Positions 20,562 through 30,256 of a stretch of 64,000 bases of DNA are shown piece after piece (positions within the stretch are counted from its first letter, which is position 1; each line of letters opens with the position of its first letter). The notes under the pieces were generated by a model. That model searched no databases, was not told where the DNA came from, and saw nothing but the letters and a program-made list of their open reading frames with translations. The DNA comes from a virus: positions 102,499 to 166,498 of the IMG/VR virus record IMGVR_UViG_3300036780_000209; one strand, given 5' to 3'. The translations under genes were made by a program, and so were the position numbers.

Positions 20562-21103
20562 CAGTCATCCTCATCATCCTCGTTACGGCAATCCGGGCAA
20601 TTAGCCGGGGAGTCTTCCGGACGGCTCGTGTCGAATACCTTCCCCTCCATGAAGCTCTGCCCGAGCAGACGGCTCCTGGCAAACCGGTGATGACCATCGA
20701 GAAGAAATGTATCTCCCTGGTGCCGGACAAATTTGGAAGGCCCTGATTCCATGTCATCCGGTTCATCATGCAGCGTCTGCCTCATCCGGTATTTAACTTC
20801 TTCCGGATACACATGGCCCTGGTGAGTATAAATAGGCTGACGAAGGGAAACGGCCTCAGTGGGAAGATGATGCCAGTGACGATCTCTCTCGGATTCATCC
20901 CTAGGCCATCCGTGAGTATCCATGATGTGATGAACGCTGTAATTGCTGACCTGGGGTCCCCAGCGGGCCGGAATACCGGTAGAGGTACCTCCGCTGTACT
21001 CCGAATGATCGAGCCAGTGCTCAGCCCGCTGACGACGGCGCTCTCTCGCCTCTTCCCCTGCCTCCTCGAAAGAGGACGTGACCTGGGTCCACAGCAGGCT
21101 CAT
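20558..21103 (-). CDS. ParB/Srx-like nuclease domain protein
   Basis: Start re-called at MSLLWTQV. Has an FLLDGHHRF motif and lower GC than its neighbours. Confidence 0.65.
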   Translation of the reverse strand: MSLLWTQVTSSFEEAGEEARERRRQRAEHWLDHSEYSGGTSTGIPARWGPQVSNYSVHHIMDTHGWPRDESERDRHWHHLPTEAVSLRQPIYTHQGHVYPEEVKYRMRQTLHDEPDDMESGPSKFVRHQGDTFLLDGHHRFARSRLLGQSFMEGKVFDTSRPEDSPANCPDCRNEDDEDDW

Positions 21104-22224
21104 GACGCTCCGCTCAGGGGATAAGTGACGGATGCCTGCAGGTTCCCCGAGCTGGCAGCGGTCGGGGTGTCCTCGGTGATGAGCGGGGCGCGGATGATCT
21201 CGAACCACGAGAAGTCCACCGGCAGCCTCGTGTAGCTGCCCAGGGCCTCGGCGACGGCGGCCGGGGAGGGCGGGATGCTGTAGGCGACCGAGGTCGGGTC
21301 CTCCAGGTCGGCCTGCATCAGGTTGTAGTCGATGGCGGCCGACTGCTGGTAAGGCAGCGCGAAGCCGGTGCGCAGGGTGGTCCGGCGGGGGACCCGGAGG
21401 CGGAACCGCATGCCGTCCTGGCGGAAGCAGTAGTCCCCGGCCCGGACCCGGAAGTCCGGGGTGCTCTCGATGTTCGCCGCAGCGGTGTTGACGACGCCCC
21501 GGGAGGTCTTCTGCTGGTTCTTGTCCAGGTCGGTGAAGACGGCCGGGCGCACGATCAGGGCGCGGAACCCGCCCTCGAACTGCGTGCCGAAGCAGTCCGG
21601 GCAGCGGTACTGGTTGCCGCCGCCGTAGGCTGACGCTATCCGGGCCTCAGATGCCCGCAGCGTCGCCGACCCGCCGACATCAGCCACGGAGAACGGCACC
21701 GTATCCGGCGTGCTGGCGGCGTTCTGGAAGCACCTCAGGCACCTCTGGACCAGGCCGGCCTTCTCCTCCAGAGTGGTCCACATCAAGATGAACACGGCCA
21801 GCTCCCCGTACTGCCACAGGGCCTGGGCGTGCCGCTGCCGCTCCTGGTGAACGGCCCAGTGCTGAACATCGCGCTGCCAGGCCTGCAGGACGGGCTGAGG
21901 GGGCACCGGTACCGGGATGCTGATCACGGCCGGGGCATACGCCCCTCCTGAGGCGGCCGGGGCCAGGACGACGACGGGCTCCAGGTTGACCGAGCCGATC
22001 GTGAACTGCGAGCCCGAGCTTCCCGCCAGGATGAAGACGCGCAGCGGCGGCCGGGCAGCGGACTCGAAGACGGTGCCGGGAGCAGTCCCGGCTGCCCCGC
22101 TCCCGGCCGGGGGCGGGGTGGCCTGGGTGACCGGCACCGGACCGGGCAGGGGCGTGAAGACGAGCCCACGGCGCGTCCGGGACCCGGCCCGCAGGCGGGC
22201 TCTCATGAAGTCGGAGGGGTTCAC
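21100..22224 (-). CDS. Head-tail adaptor-type protein with Zn-binding motifs
   Basis: RCLRC...CPDCFGTQFEGGF, located in the neck region. Confidence 0.6.
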   Translation of the reverse strand: MNPSDFMRARLRAGSRTRRGLVFTPLPGPVPVTQATPPPAGSGAAGTAPGTVFESAARPPLRVFILAGSSGSQFTIGSVNLEPVVVLAPAASGGAYAPAVISIPVPVPPQPVLQAWQRDVQHWAVHQERQRHAQALWQYGELAVFILMWTTLEEKAGLVQRCLRCFQNAASTPDTVPFSVADVGGSATLRASEARIASAYGGGNQYRCPDCFGTQFEGGFRALIVRPAVFTDLDKNQQKTSRGVVNTAAANIESTPDFRVRAGDYCFRQDGMRFRLRVPRRTTLRTGFALPYQQSAAIDYNLMQADLEDPTSVAYSIPPSPAAVAEALGSYTRLPVDFSWFEIIRAPLITEDTPTAASSGNLQASVTYPLSGAS

Positions 22225-24794
22225 ATCACAGCCTTCCCGGGCGGGACAAGCCCGGCCCCGGCGGCCGGGGATGCCGTGACGACCAGGGGCGGGATGGCCA
22301 GCCCCCCGTTGGAGAGGAGCTGAACCAGGTCCAGGGCAGCCAGGAACTGGGGCTTGCCCGCCGGGACGTACCCTCCCGCCAGGTAGGCGGCCTGCTCAGC
22401 CGGGCTGAATCCCTGGGCGATGGGAACCCACATGACCCGGTTGACCACCGAGGGGCGCCCCACTGCGAAGACCGACCCCCCGTAGCTCGCCCTGAGCGCC
22501 GAGACCCCGAAGTCGGCCGGAGTGCTCAGCGGGGTGTACGCCTGGGAGGTGAAGCTGATCCGGTCGGCGTAATGAGTTTCCCCGGCCGAGGTAGTCGCCG
22601 GGGCAAGCACTACGCAGGCGTAGGCGGCATTCTGCGGGGCCAGGTACCCGCACCAGCTCTCCGTCCAGGAGGAGGTCGAATCGGTGATGGTAAGAGTGCT
22701 GGGGACCGTGGAGACGGGGTTCTGGCCCGAGTCGAACCAGGCGATCTGAACCTGGCAGGACTGCGGGGTGGCCGCCGCCAGGAAGGAGGCCTTCGCCAGG
22801 TACTCACGGCCCGGGATCACCGCGACAAGCGGGCTGGAGGCCGCCAGGACCTCGCTGTTGAACGGGGCCGTGATGGCCAGGGAGAAGGACCCGTCGAGAG
22901 CGGCGGACGAGGTGATGGCCACCGTGGTGAGGAACCCGGTCCAGCCGGCCACCTGGGCACTGAGGGAGAAGAACCCGTTGCTGGCGATGTAGTGGGCCTC
23001 GTTTGACCCGGGGCTGTCCGCCTGGGCGAAGATGACCGCCACGGCCGCGTTGGCAGGAGAGGTGGCAACGGCCTTGGCCTGAGTCCACGAGCCCGAGGTA
23101 TCCGTCACGGTGGCATGGGCGGTGTTCGAGATGACGGTGCCCGTGGCCGTCTGCCACTGGACCCAGGCCTCGCACGTCCGGCTCGCCGAGCCTGCCAGGA
23201 ACCACACGTCCATCTCGTAGCTCGTGTTCGGGCTGACCGCGTAGTTCCCGGTGTTCACGGCCTCGGTGCTGAAAGCCGGGAGCATTTTCAGCGCGAAGAT
23301 GCCGGCGGGCGGGGCAACCGGCGGGATCACCCGGCTCACCAGGGCCAGGAACGCGACCCAGGTGCCCAGGGAGGACGCGAAGATCTGGTCGTCCTTGGAC
23401 AGCAGGTTCGGGGTCTCCAGGCCGGAGATGACAGAGGTCAGCAGGTTGGGCTGGGCGTTCTGGTAGGTGCTGTCGGGAACGGCGGCGCTGAATTTGCCGC
23501 TGGTTCCCGCTGCCAGGACAGCGCCGGTCTTGCGGTCCTCGGCCAGGGGGCCGTCGAGGAAGCCGAGTCCCTGCTGCACCGGGAAGCCGAGGCTGTAGTC
23601 GGGCTTGCACGGCGTCGGCCACGCCCCGTTAGTGGCCCAGGAGGGGTTACCGGAGGCCGGGAACCCGGACACCAGGTTGCGCCCCGTGCCCGGGTGATTG
23701 ATGAATACCTGCAGGTTCCCCGCGCTGAATCCGCTGCTCGTCGCGATGTAAAGCGTTCCGTCATGAGCGAAGAAAGAGTAATCGGGGTGCAGGTGCCCGC
23801 TAGCGGTGGTATCCGCCGGGCAGACGGGCACGGACATCGGGGTAATGACCTGGGTGCCGTCGTCATAGGAAAATTCCTGGAAGCATATCTGGACGCCGGT
23901 CCCGAAGGCATCATAGATGACGACGAAGCGCTCGTCGTTGATGACGCTGGAAGGATCGGCCTGGACATCACGGACGGCCGCCAGGGTGATGGTCCCCGAG
24001 GCGGGGGTGATATTCGGCACCTGGTAGGCGGTCAGCAGGTTGCCGGAGGAATCCGAGACGGAGATGACCCCGCTCTTGAAGGACCCCGTGCCGAAGTAAT
24101 GCCCCGTGACGACCCGGCCCGACTGGGGGAGGACCGCCATCTGGCCGGCCTGCCGGGTCGGCCAGTACTGGCCCTTCATCCCGGTCACCTGGCCGGAAGG
24201 CGCGATCACCGAGTAAGCCGCAGGATTAGTCGCCTGCCACTGGTTGGAATTCAGCGACGCGCCGAGATCATAATGCCATTTGCCGTCTTCCAGCTTCTGG
24301 AAGAAAGCAAGCACGGGGTAAAGGCCATGACGGCTGATGTCCCAGTTGAAGTAATACCCTTCCAGGGTCGCCAGGAGCTTCTTGACGCCTCCCTGGTTTA
24401 CCACCACCATGTCCCCGGACCCGGTGTCCGTCGATCCGTAGCGCTTGCCGGGCGTGACGACGTTCAGGGCTCCCGCGCTGGTGTGAACCCGGATGCGGTA
24501 GAAGTGCCGGGCGTTCGGGTGGAAGACGGCAAGCTCGGCCGTCGAGGACGTGGACTGCAGCTCGTTGTTCGTGAAGGGCAGCGTGGAGATCGCGATCTGG
24601 CCGTCTGGCAGGCCCCGGGTATAGAACACCTGGAGTCCCGGCGCGAACCCCCACCCCGGGATCCCCGTGGCCGTGAAGCTGTGCCCGCTGGCACTCTGGG
24701 CGGCTGTCCCGAGGGTGCCGAAAGAACCCGGCGTCCCGTACAGCGTGACCGCCGTGCCGAGCGCCAGGGAAGCGGGTGAGGGAGCTATCGCCAT
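22221..24794 (-). CDS. Virion fibre/adhesin with two carbohydrate-binding-module-like repeats
   Basis: Two 'AV.P...Y....FLA.....C...W...TD.S.SWT...P.NAA.A' repeats. Confidence 0.65.
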   Translation of the reverse strand: MAIAPSPASLALGTAVTLYGTPGSFGTLGTAAQSASGHSFTATGIPGWGFAPGLQVFYTRGLPDGQIAISTLPFTNNELQSTSSTAELAVFHPNARHFYRIRVHTSAGALNVVTPGKRYGSTDTGSGDMVVVNQGGVKKLLATLEGYYFNWDISRHGLYPVLAFFQKLEDGKWHYDLGASLNSNQWQATNPAAYSVIAPSGQVTGMKGQYWPTRQAGQMAVLPQSGRVVTGHYFGTGSFKSGVISVSDSSGNLLTAYQVPNITPASGTITLAAVRDVQADPSSVINDERFVVIYDAFGTGVQICFQEFSYDDGTQVITPMSVPVCPADTTASGHLHPDYSFFAHDGTLYIATSSGFSAGNLQVFINHPGTGRNLVSGFPASGNPSWATNGAWPTPCKPDYSLGFPVQQGLGFLDGPLAEDRKTGAVLAAGTSGKFSAAVPDSTYQNAQPNLLTSVISGLETPNLLSKDDQIFASSLGTWVAFLALVSRVIPPVAPPAGIFALKMLPAFSTEAVNTGNYAVSPNTSYEMDVWFLAGSASRTCEAWVQWQTATGTVISNTAHATVTDTSGSWTQAKAVATSPANAAVAVIFAQADSPGSNEAHYIASNGFFSLSAQVAGWTGFLTTVAITSSAALDGSFSLAITAPFNSEVLAASSPLVAVIPGREYLAKASFLAAATPQSCQVQIAWFDSGQNPVSTVPSTLTITDSTSSWTESWCGYLAPQNAAYACVVLAPATTSAGETHYADRISFTSQAYTPLSTPADFGVSALRASYGGSVFAVGRPSVVNRVMWVPIAQGFSPAEQAAYLAGGYVPAGKPQFLAALDLVQLLSNGGLAIPPLVVTASPAAGAGLVPPGKAVM

Positions 24795-25417
24795 CAGGCC
24801 GACCAGATCACCACGATGCCGGAAGGATCGAAGCTGACGCTGAAATTGCCTCCCGTGCCCGTCGAGCTGACACCGAGATCGGCCAGGGCGATCAGCGGCT
24901 GGGCCGAGGCGATCCCCTGCGTCCGGTCAGATACCACCAGGTAGCGAAGCGTGCCGCTATAGCTCTGCCACTGGGCGTTCAGCGCGCTGAGCTGCACGGC
25001 CCCGGCGGCGATGGCCTGCCACGTCGCGGTCCCGTCGGTCACGGTCAGGCCCAGGGAGGGCCAGGAGGGCTGGAAGGCAGCCGACGAGCCGCCTGCCACG
25101 CACCGGAAGACCAGCCCGTTGCCTACTGGCGGGCGCACGACCTGGCCGACGGCATAGGGAGTATTCGGCTGCCACTGCTGGCCCCAGGCGTTGGCGGGGG
25201 TGTAGAGGGCAGTCTTCCCGCTGAGGATGATGCCCCCCTGGGTGTATCCCGCCCCCGTGGCGACCTCGCTGGTCAGGTTGCTGACGAAGGCATCAGTGTC
25301 CAGGTTCGGCGCGTAGGAGGCCGTGTGCTGGGTCATCACGATCGTGTCGGACTGCCAGTTGAGCTGCCCGTTCCAGGCCCTGAGCTGAGCCTGGCGGTAG
25401 AGGCTGAACGTGGTCAT
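24794..25417 (-). CDS. Virion structural protein
   Basis: EVATGAGYTQGG motif with an inserted WQPNTPYAVGQVV...TVTDGTATW module. Confidence 0.65.
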   Translation of the reverse strand: MTTFSLYRQAQLRAWNGQLNWQSDTIVMTQHTASYAPNLDTDAFVSNLTSEVATGAGYTQGGIILSGKTALYTPANAWGQQWQPNTPYAVGQVVRPPVGNGLVFRCVAGGSSAAFQPSWPSLGLTVTDGTATWQAIAAGAVQLSALNAQWQSYSGTLRYLVVSDRTQGIASAQPLIALADLGVSSTGTGGNFSVSFDPSGIVVIWSA

Positions 25418-25728
25418 CAGGTGGCTCCGTTCTCCGGGTCAAGCGGGTGGGCAATCCCGGTCAGTTGCTTATGGGTGTCCGCCGCGATGCGGAGATGACG
25501 CTGCTGGATTGCCATCTGGAGGTTGTGGTGCCGCTGGGCGACGCTCTCCAGGCGGATCAGCGCGATCGGAGCCCAGTAGGCCGAGGCGATGAGGTTGCCC
25601 CAGAGCAACGCCATCCACCCGTTGAAGAAAATGCGCCGGAAGACCACCGACAGGACCGCCAGCACGATGACGTAGGCGATCACCAGGCGGCGCTTGATCC
25701 GGGGGTCGGGCATGGCGGGAGTGCTCAC
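25417..25728 (-). CDS. Membrane protein
   Basis: Two hydrophobic helices. Confidence 0.55.
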   Translation of the reverse strand: MSTPAMPDPRIKRRLVIAYVIVLAVLSVVFRRIFFNGWMALLWGNLIASAYWAPIALIRLESVAQRHHNLQMAIQQRHLRIAADTHKQLTGIAHPLDPENGAT

Positions 25729-25757
25729 ATCTCTTCCCGGGCTGTCCCGGACAGCAG

Positions 25758-25791
25758 GAAGCCCCCGCCCTCAAGAGAGAGCGGGGGCTTC
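25758..25791. terminator. Stem-loop, probable terminator
   Basis: GAAGCCCCCGC...GCGGGGGCTTC inverted repeat between gene blocks. Confidence 0.55.
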
Positions 25792-25811
25792 TGCCAGCCT
25801 GCCGGGAGGAG

Positions 25812-26042
25812 CTATGCCGGCTCGGGGCCGAGCAGCACCTCGCCAGGCGGATCCTCCTGAGCAGGAGGCTGGTCCTCGGTCGCGGTGATCCTCCAGACCC
25901 GGCCGTCGGGGCCGTGCAGCAGGGCAGTGTGAGCAAACTCCTTGCTCTGCGCGGCCGTCCACCCGATGTCCAGGTAGACGCTGCCATCGGGCTGGAAGCG
26001 GATCGCCGAGACATTCGGCTTCATGGGAGGGAGCTTAGCCAT
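25812..26042 (-). CDS. Hypothetical protein
   Basis: Start at MAKLPP overlapping the upstream stop (TGATG). Confidence 0.5.
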   Translation of the reverse strand: MAKLPPMKPNVSAIRFQPDGSVYLDIGWTAAQSKEFAHTALLHGPDGRVWRITATEDQPPAQEDPPGEVLLGPEPA

Positions 26043-26923
26043 CAGAACAGCGCTCCCGGGATTCCGTGCTTGGCGAACCACAGGCGGATGAACGCTCCGT
26101 AGAGAGCCAGGATCACGAAGATCACCGTGACCGCCAGGATGGCGATGTTGCCTCCGGTGCTCCGGTCACGGACCTTGGCGTTAGCGGCGGTCAGCCAGGC
26201 GAACCGCTCGCGGACGACCGGCGGGGCGATCGGGTAGCGTACCCACAGGGGGACGCGGCCGGTGTCCCGGGTCCGGTCGATGGCCCGCTCGATGAAAAAG
26301 AGCTGGACAGTGTCGCCGACCGGGGCGTACAGGCGGTGCACCACCTGGCCGGCGAGGACGCCGATCAGCAGCGGCTGCCAGTTGAAGGTCTGCAGGAACG
26401 TCGCCAGCCATTCGGGCTGCCAGCTCGTGGCCTGCGGGGGCACGGTGACCCGGTGCGGCAGCACTCCGTGATGAGCGAAGTAATGCCATGCGGCCGGGCC
26501 GCCGACGTTGAGCAGCCATGCCCCGCCCACCACAATGGGCAGCGCCGCCAGGAAGATCACCAGCGGGGAGGTAGCGACCCGGAGCGGGCCGGCGTGCTTG
26601 CGGGACTTCTTCGACCAGTTGGCCATCAGGGACTTGACCAGCAAGGTCGCCAGCGCGCCCTCGTAGACATCCCGGATGTCGTGCCGGGCCGGGTCCCACC
26701 ACGGCTGGGTGAGCAGGCCGTCCCAGCCGGGCTTGAGCCAGATCGGGCCGTACTTCGCCTGGAGGACCAGGTAGTACACCGCCGAGATGATGTACGCGCC
26801 GATGTCGGCCGCGATGATGCCCCAGATGAGCTGCTGGACCAGGCGCAGGTGAATCCGGTGGCCTTCCACCTCGATGTGCTTCGGCGGCACCAGGTCAGTG
26901 GTGGCCTCAGCGGCGGCGGTCAC
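26042..26923 (-). CDS. Polytopic membrane protein
   Basis: About five hydrophobic segments. GTG start overlaps the upstream stop. Confidence 0.7.
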   Translation of the reverse strand: MTAAAEATTDLVPPKHIEVEGHRIHLRLVQQLIWGIIAADIGAYIISAVYYLVLQAKYGPIWLKPGWDGLLTQPWWDPARHDIRDVYEGALATLLVKSLMANWSKKSRKHAGPLRVATSPLVIFLAALPIVVGGAWLLNVGGPAAWHYFAHHGVLPHRVTVPPQATSWQPEWLATFLQTFNWQPLLIGVLAGQVVHRLYAPVGDTVQLFFIERAIDRTRDTGRVPLWVRYPIAPPVVRERFAWLTAANAKVRDRSTGGNIAILAVTVIFVILALYGAFIRLWFAKHGIPGALF

Positions 26924-27321
26924 TTGGATGCCTTCGGGGACGGGGCCGGCGAGCCCTCCGCCTTCACGATGCACATGGCGATGGTGCTCTCCGCCGTGCT
27001 GATGCCGCTGCCCGCCACGAAGGCATCGCCGATGCACTTCTTGGCGGCCGGGCGCTGAGGAGCGGGAACTGCGCAGTCAATGACGCGCTCTCCGGCCGCC
27101 ACCGGGTGGTGGAGGGCCTGCCGGGCCAGGGTCAAGACCCCAATCTGCCTGACGCAGTCCTTGACCTTGGCCTCGGCGGCAGCCTCGGCCTTCGCGACAG
27201 CCGGGTTGGCGCTGGCGCTGGCTGCTGCCTTCCTGAGCGCCGACGATGCTGAGTGGCTGCAGGCCGTCAGGGGAAGAATCCCCACCAGCGCGATGGCGGC
27301 AAGCGCCAGGATCCTCTTCAT
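26920..27321 (-). CDS. Lipoprotein
   Basis: MKR-hydrophobic-LTAC lipobox and AAGGAG RBS. Confidence 0.75.
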   Translation of the reverse strand: MKRILALAAIALVGILPLTACSHSASSALRKAAASASANPAVAKAEAAAEAKVKDCVRQIGVLTLARQALHHPVAAGERVIDCAVPAPQRPAAKKCIGDAFVAGSGISTAESTIAMCIVKAEGSPAPSPKASK

Positions 27322-27758
27322 GCACTTTCTCCTTCGGTGAGGGTTTCCGCTGCGAGGAGGCGCTCCTGCAAGCGGCCGATCAACTGCATCATGTAGTACT
27401 TCGAAAGATCTCCGGGGCGAACGTCGCCCAGGGGAGCGAGCAGCCGCCGGTCCGGCGGGACATCAGCGAGCTTGCATGCCGTGTACTGCAGCACGCCCAT
27501 GCCTGCGGCGATGGCCCCGTCGATCTGCTCATCCATCATGAGCTGACTGCGCGTGATCTCGTCCAGGGCCTGGCGGCGCTCGCGCTCGGCTCGCAGCACC
27601 TGGATGACGTACGACTCCGGAGATACCCCGGCCTGGGCGGCATAGCCCTCGGCGGAAAGCAGCTCCATCGGCATTCCGACATTGAGATCAGTGTCAGCCT
27701 TGAAAAGGGACGGAAGGCCCTTCCCGACTTTGTCGGTGAATCTTTTGCTGCGGCTCAC
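27318..27758 (-). CDS. Hypothetical protein
   Basis: 146-aa ORF with coupled overlaps on both sides. Confidence 0.6.
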   Translation of the reverse strand: MSRSKRFTDKVGKGLPSLFKADTDLNVGMPMELLSAEGYAAQAGVSPESYVIQVLRAERERRQALDEITRSQLMMDEQIDGAIAAGMGVLQYTACKLADVPPDRRLLAPLGDVRPGDLSKYYMMQLIGRLQERLLAAETLTEGESA

Positions 27759-27997
27759 TGGCCCTCCAGGGTGCGCTGGGCGCGGACGCCGTCAGCCTCC
27801 TGGATGGCGGGGAACTCCAGCTTGAGGATCTCGGTGATCAGCTCGTCCTTGGAGAACTGCCCGGCCAGGAGCACCCGGCCTGCCCCGGCCATCAGGCCGT
27901 TGAGGATGACCCGGAGATTCTGGCGGTTGAGCCGCACTAGCTTCTTGGCCCTGCGTCCGTACCGGATCGCGTAATCCTGGGCCTCTTCGAACGTCAT
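27755..27997 (-). CDS. Hypothetical protein
   Basis: 80-aa ORF downstream of an operator-like motif. Confidence 0.6.
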   Translation of the reverse strand: MTFEEAQDYAIRYGRRAKKLVRLNRQNLRVILNGLMAGAGRVLLAGQFSKDELITEILKLEFPAIQEADGVRAQRTLEGQ

Positions 27998-28047
27998 GAG
28001 GCAACAGTACTACAGGGTTTCTTGTATTTCAAGCGATTACGAGGGAG

Positions 28048-28081
28048 AAAAAAGAAGCCGCCTGCTGGCACAGGCGGCTTC
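28048..28081 (-). terminator. Intrinsic terminator
   Basis: GAAGCCGCCTG/CAGGCGGCTTC stem followed by a U-run on the minus strand. Confidence 0.75.
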
Positions 28082-28147
28082 CCTTGCGGAACCCTCAGGA
28101 ACCGATGCCCCTCCTCGCCCCCACCAGGAGGTTGCCGGGCCTCATCC

Positions 28148-28474
28148 CTAGCCCGGCAGGCGGCCCTGCCCTTGACCTCGCCGCTTCTCTGACGCCCCGG
28201 AGCTATCCGCACTCTCACTATCGCGCCGGGGAGAACCTGTTGCCCTTGCGGGTTGCGGAGGCTCCTCGACTGGAACATACCACCTGAGGAATGCCTCCGG
28301 CCCGTTCTCCTCGTATTCCGTCTCGGCGATTACCTCAGCCGACAGCGGAATGCCGAGCTGTGCCATCCTGGCGATCATCTCGGCCACGGTGCCGCTGAAC
28401 CCGATCTTGATCTCGCGCACCCAGCGGGTGCCATCCCAGTAGCGCGGCGTGAGGTGACTGGGGAGGTCAGTCAT
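28148..28474 (-). CDS. Hypothetical protein
   Basis: ORF overlapping the upstream stop. Confidence 0.5.
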   Translation of the reverse strand: MTDLPSHLTPRYWDGTRWVREIKIGFSGTVAEMIARMAQLGIPLSAEVIAETEYEENGPEAFLRWYVPVEEPPQPARATGSPRRDSESADSSGASEKRRGQGQGRLPG

Positions 28475-29009
28475 GCGTGTACTCGTCCACGTGGATCTTC
28501 GTGCGCGTCACCTTGATGTCGGCATGATCCCCGAAGGCGTCCAGGAGAACCTCGTCGAACGTGCCGCCGTCGATGGCGTCGCCCAGCGTCCGCAGCCTGA
28601 GGTACGCAGTCTCGCTGGGGCCGGCATAATCGCCGGTCATCTCCCAGCGATTCGCGTAAGCACCCCAGGTGCTGCCGTCCGCAACCTCATAGTCGTCGCG
28701 GTTCTCGTCCCACTCGTCCTCGTCCTCCCCGGCAAGGGGACCGGTCATCTCGACGGTCCCGACTCCCTCGATGCGCCCCACGCGGCGGCTGGGCCTGGCC
28801 CATAGCCCGTGAGCGCTGAATACGCAGGGGTCGCCGTCATTGAAGTAGGGGGTGTACTGACGCCACCCGAAGCATTCCACCAGCGGGTCGTTCAGCACCT
28901 TCTGGATGAGGGGAGTCAGCTCGGCCTGCGGGCGCTGGGCCTTGCGGCGCTCGGGACGGATAATATCCCCGTCCACGGGAATGCCCAGGAAAGAAGTCAT
29001 CATGTTCAT
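28467..29009 (-). CDS. Conserved phage hypothetical protein
   Basis: WRQYTPYFNDGDPCVF...FGDHA...EYTHD motifs, coupled to the DUF6915-like gene. Confidence 0.7.
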   Translation of the reverse strand: MNMMTSFLGIPVDGDIIRPERRKAQRPQAELTPLIQKVLNDPLVECFGWRQYTPYFNDGDPCVFSAHGLWARPSRRVGRIEGVGTVEMTGPLAGEDEDEWDENRDDYEVADGSTWGAYANRWEMTGDYAGPSETAYLRLRTLGDAIDGGTFDEVLLDAFGDHADIKVTRTKIHVDEYTHD

Positions 29010-29404
29010 GCGGTCTGCTCCTGCGGGGTCACCAGGCCGAGTGTCGCGAGATCGGCGGTCCTTGCCCTCTTGCCGCTCATCCAGGGGCTGATGGGCATGC
29101 CCTGGATGTAGTCAGCCGGGCTGGGGATCCAGCCGAGGTCTTCCTCGATGTGCCGCTCGGCCACCAGTCGTACCGGTACCTCACGGACACTACCGTGGGC
29201 GGTGCCGACATGCAGGACCGGGCCGAAGATTTCCTCGCACAGCCACACGCCGAGCGTGTGATGGTAAAGCGAGCGGTGGCGCACGTCGCCAATGACCTTC
29301 TTGGAGGAGTCGATAAATTCCTCGACCAGGAGGTATTCCTCCGCAATGCCGCCCCATTTCCTGGCGGCCGAGACCGCATGAAACCAGGAGTTCATGGCGG
29401 TCAA
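29006..29404 (-). CDS. DUF6915-like protein
   Basis: HA.SAARKWGG...DSSK....DVRHR...HH..G and AERHIEEDLG.IPS.ADY. Confidence 0.7.
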   Translation of the reverse strand: MTAMNSWFHAVSAARKWGGIAEEYLLVEEFIDSSKKVIGDVRHRSLYHHTLGVWLCEEIFGPVLHVGTAHGSVREVPVRLVAERHIEEDLGWIPSPADYIQGMPISPWMSGKRARTADLATLGLVTPQEQTA

Positions 29405-29453
29405 CCTACCAGCAGCCCGTGGGCCGGCACACGAAGTGCCGGGAGGGGGTTAG

Positions 29454-30119
29454 TTACTTCTCGTAGCCCGACTTGACGGGCCAGACCGTGGCGTAGGTGA
29501 CATCGATCCGGCGGAACGGGTCTTCGATGCCCTCGGCCTCGGGGAAGGCCTGGCGCAGGGCGACATCCACCTGATCGACCAGGTCGATCAGAGTCGCCTC
29601 GATGAGGGGCTTGACCTCGTCCTTGTCCTGGTGGCCCGGCATGCTGAATGCGAAGTACTTGGTCCGGCGGTTCCCGTAGCCGTCGTACTCCCGCAGGGCG
29701 AGCGTGCCGCTGACCGTCGTGACCTCGCAGGGCCTGGCGTCCAGGGCCAGGTCGTCGAGAAGCGCATTCGCCTGCTCCAGCTCCAGGGAGCCATTCTGCT
29801 GGCGGATCCTGATGAAGTTCCAGACGTTGTGCTTGCTCTTGCGGAGCGCCTCGGCGTCGAACTCGGCGAGCTTCTCCGCGCTGTAGTCAGCGCGGGTGTA
29901 GCCGGCCGGCAGCCCCTCGTTCTCGTCGTTCTCGATCTTGACGTGCAGGCGGCTGGCAGTCTCCGAAGAGCTGTAAGCGGCCTGGATGCCGACGACGGAG
30001 AGTGCATTCGGGAGAGTGGAGGTACGGGCCTCGTCCTCATCCCGGTAGACGGCGGCGAGAGCCTTCGCCACCAGGTGCTTCCAGGTACTAAGTGCCGTGT
30101 TTCCCTTGGTAGTGCTCAC
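29454..30119 (-). CDS. Hypothetical protein
   Basis: 221-aa ORF with high GC3. Confidence 0.65.
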   Translation of the reverse strand: MSTTKGNTALSTWKHLVAKALAAVYRDEDEARTSTLPNALSVVGIQAAYSSSETASRLHVKIENDENEGLPAGYTRADYSAEKLAEFDAEALRKSKHNVWNFIRIRQQNGSLELEQANALLDDLALDARPCEVTTVSGTLALREYDGYGNRRTKYFAFSMPGHQDKDEVKPLIEATLIDLVDQVDVALRQAFPEAEGIEDPFRRIDVTYATVWPVKSGYEK

Positions 30120-30256
30120 AGGCGAACCTCATTTTCCTTCGAGAGATGGATTTGGGAGGCATCGCGTGCGCCGGCTCATGGACTGCTGGGGGTTAACCGC
30201 TATTCAGTTTTCTAAGTTACAAGGAACCTTATCAAGATTCCGGAGGGAGCGCAACC

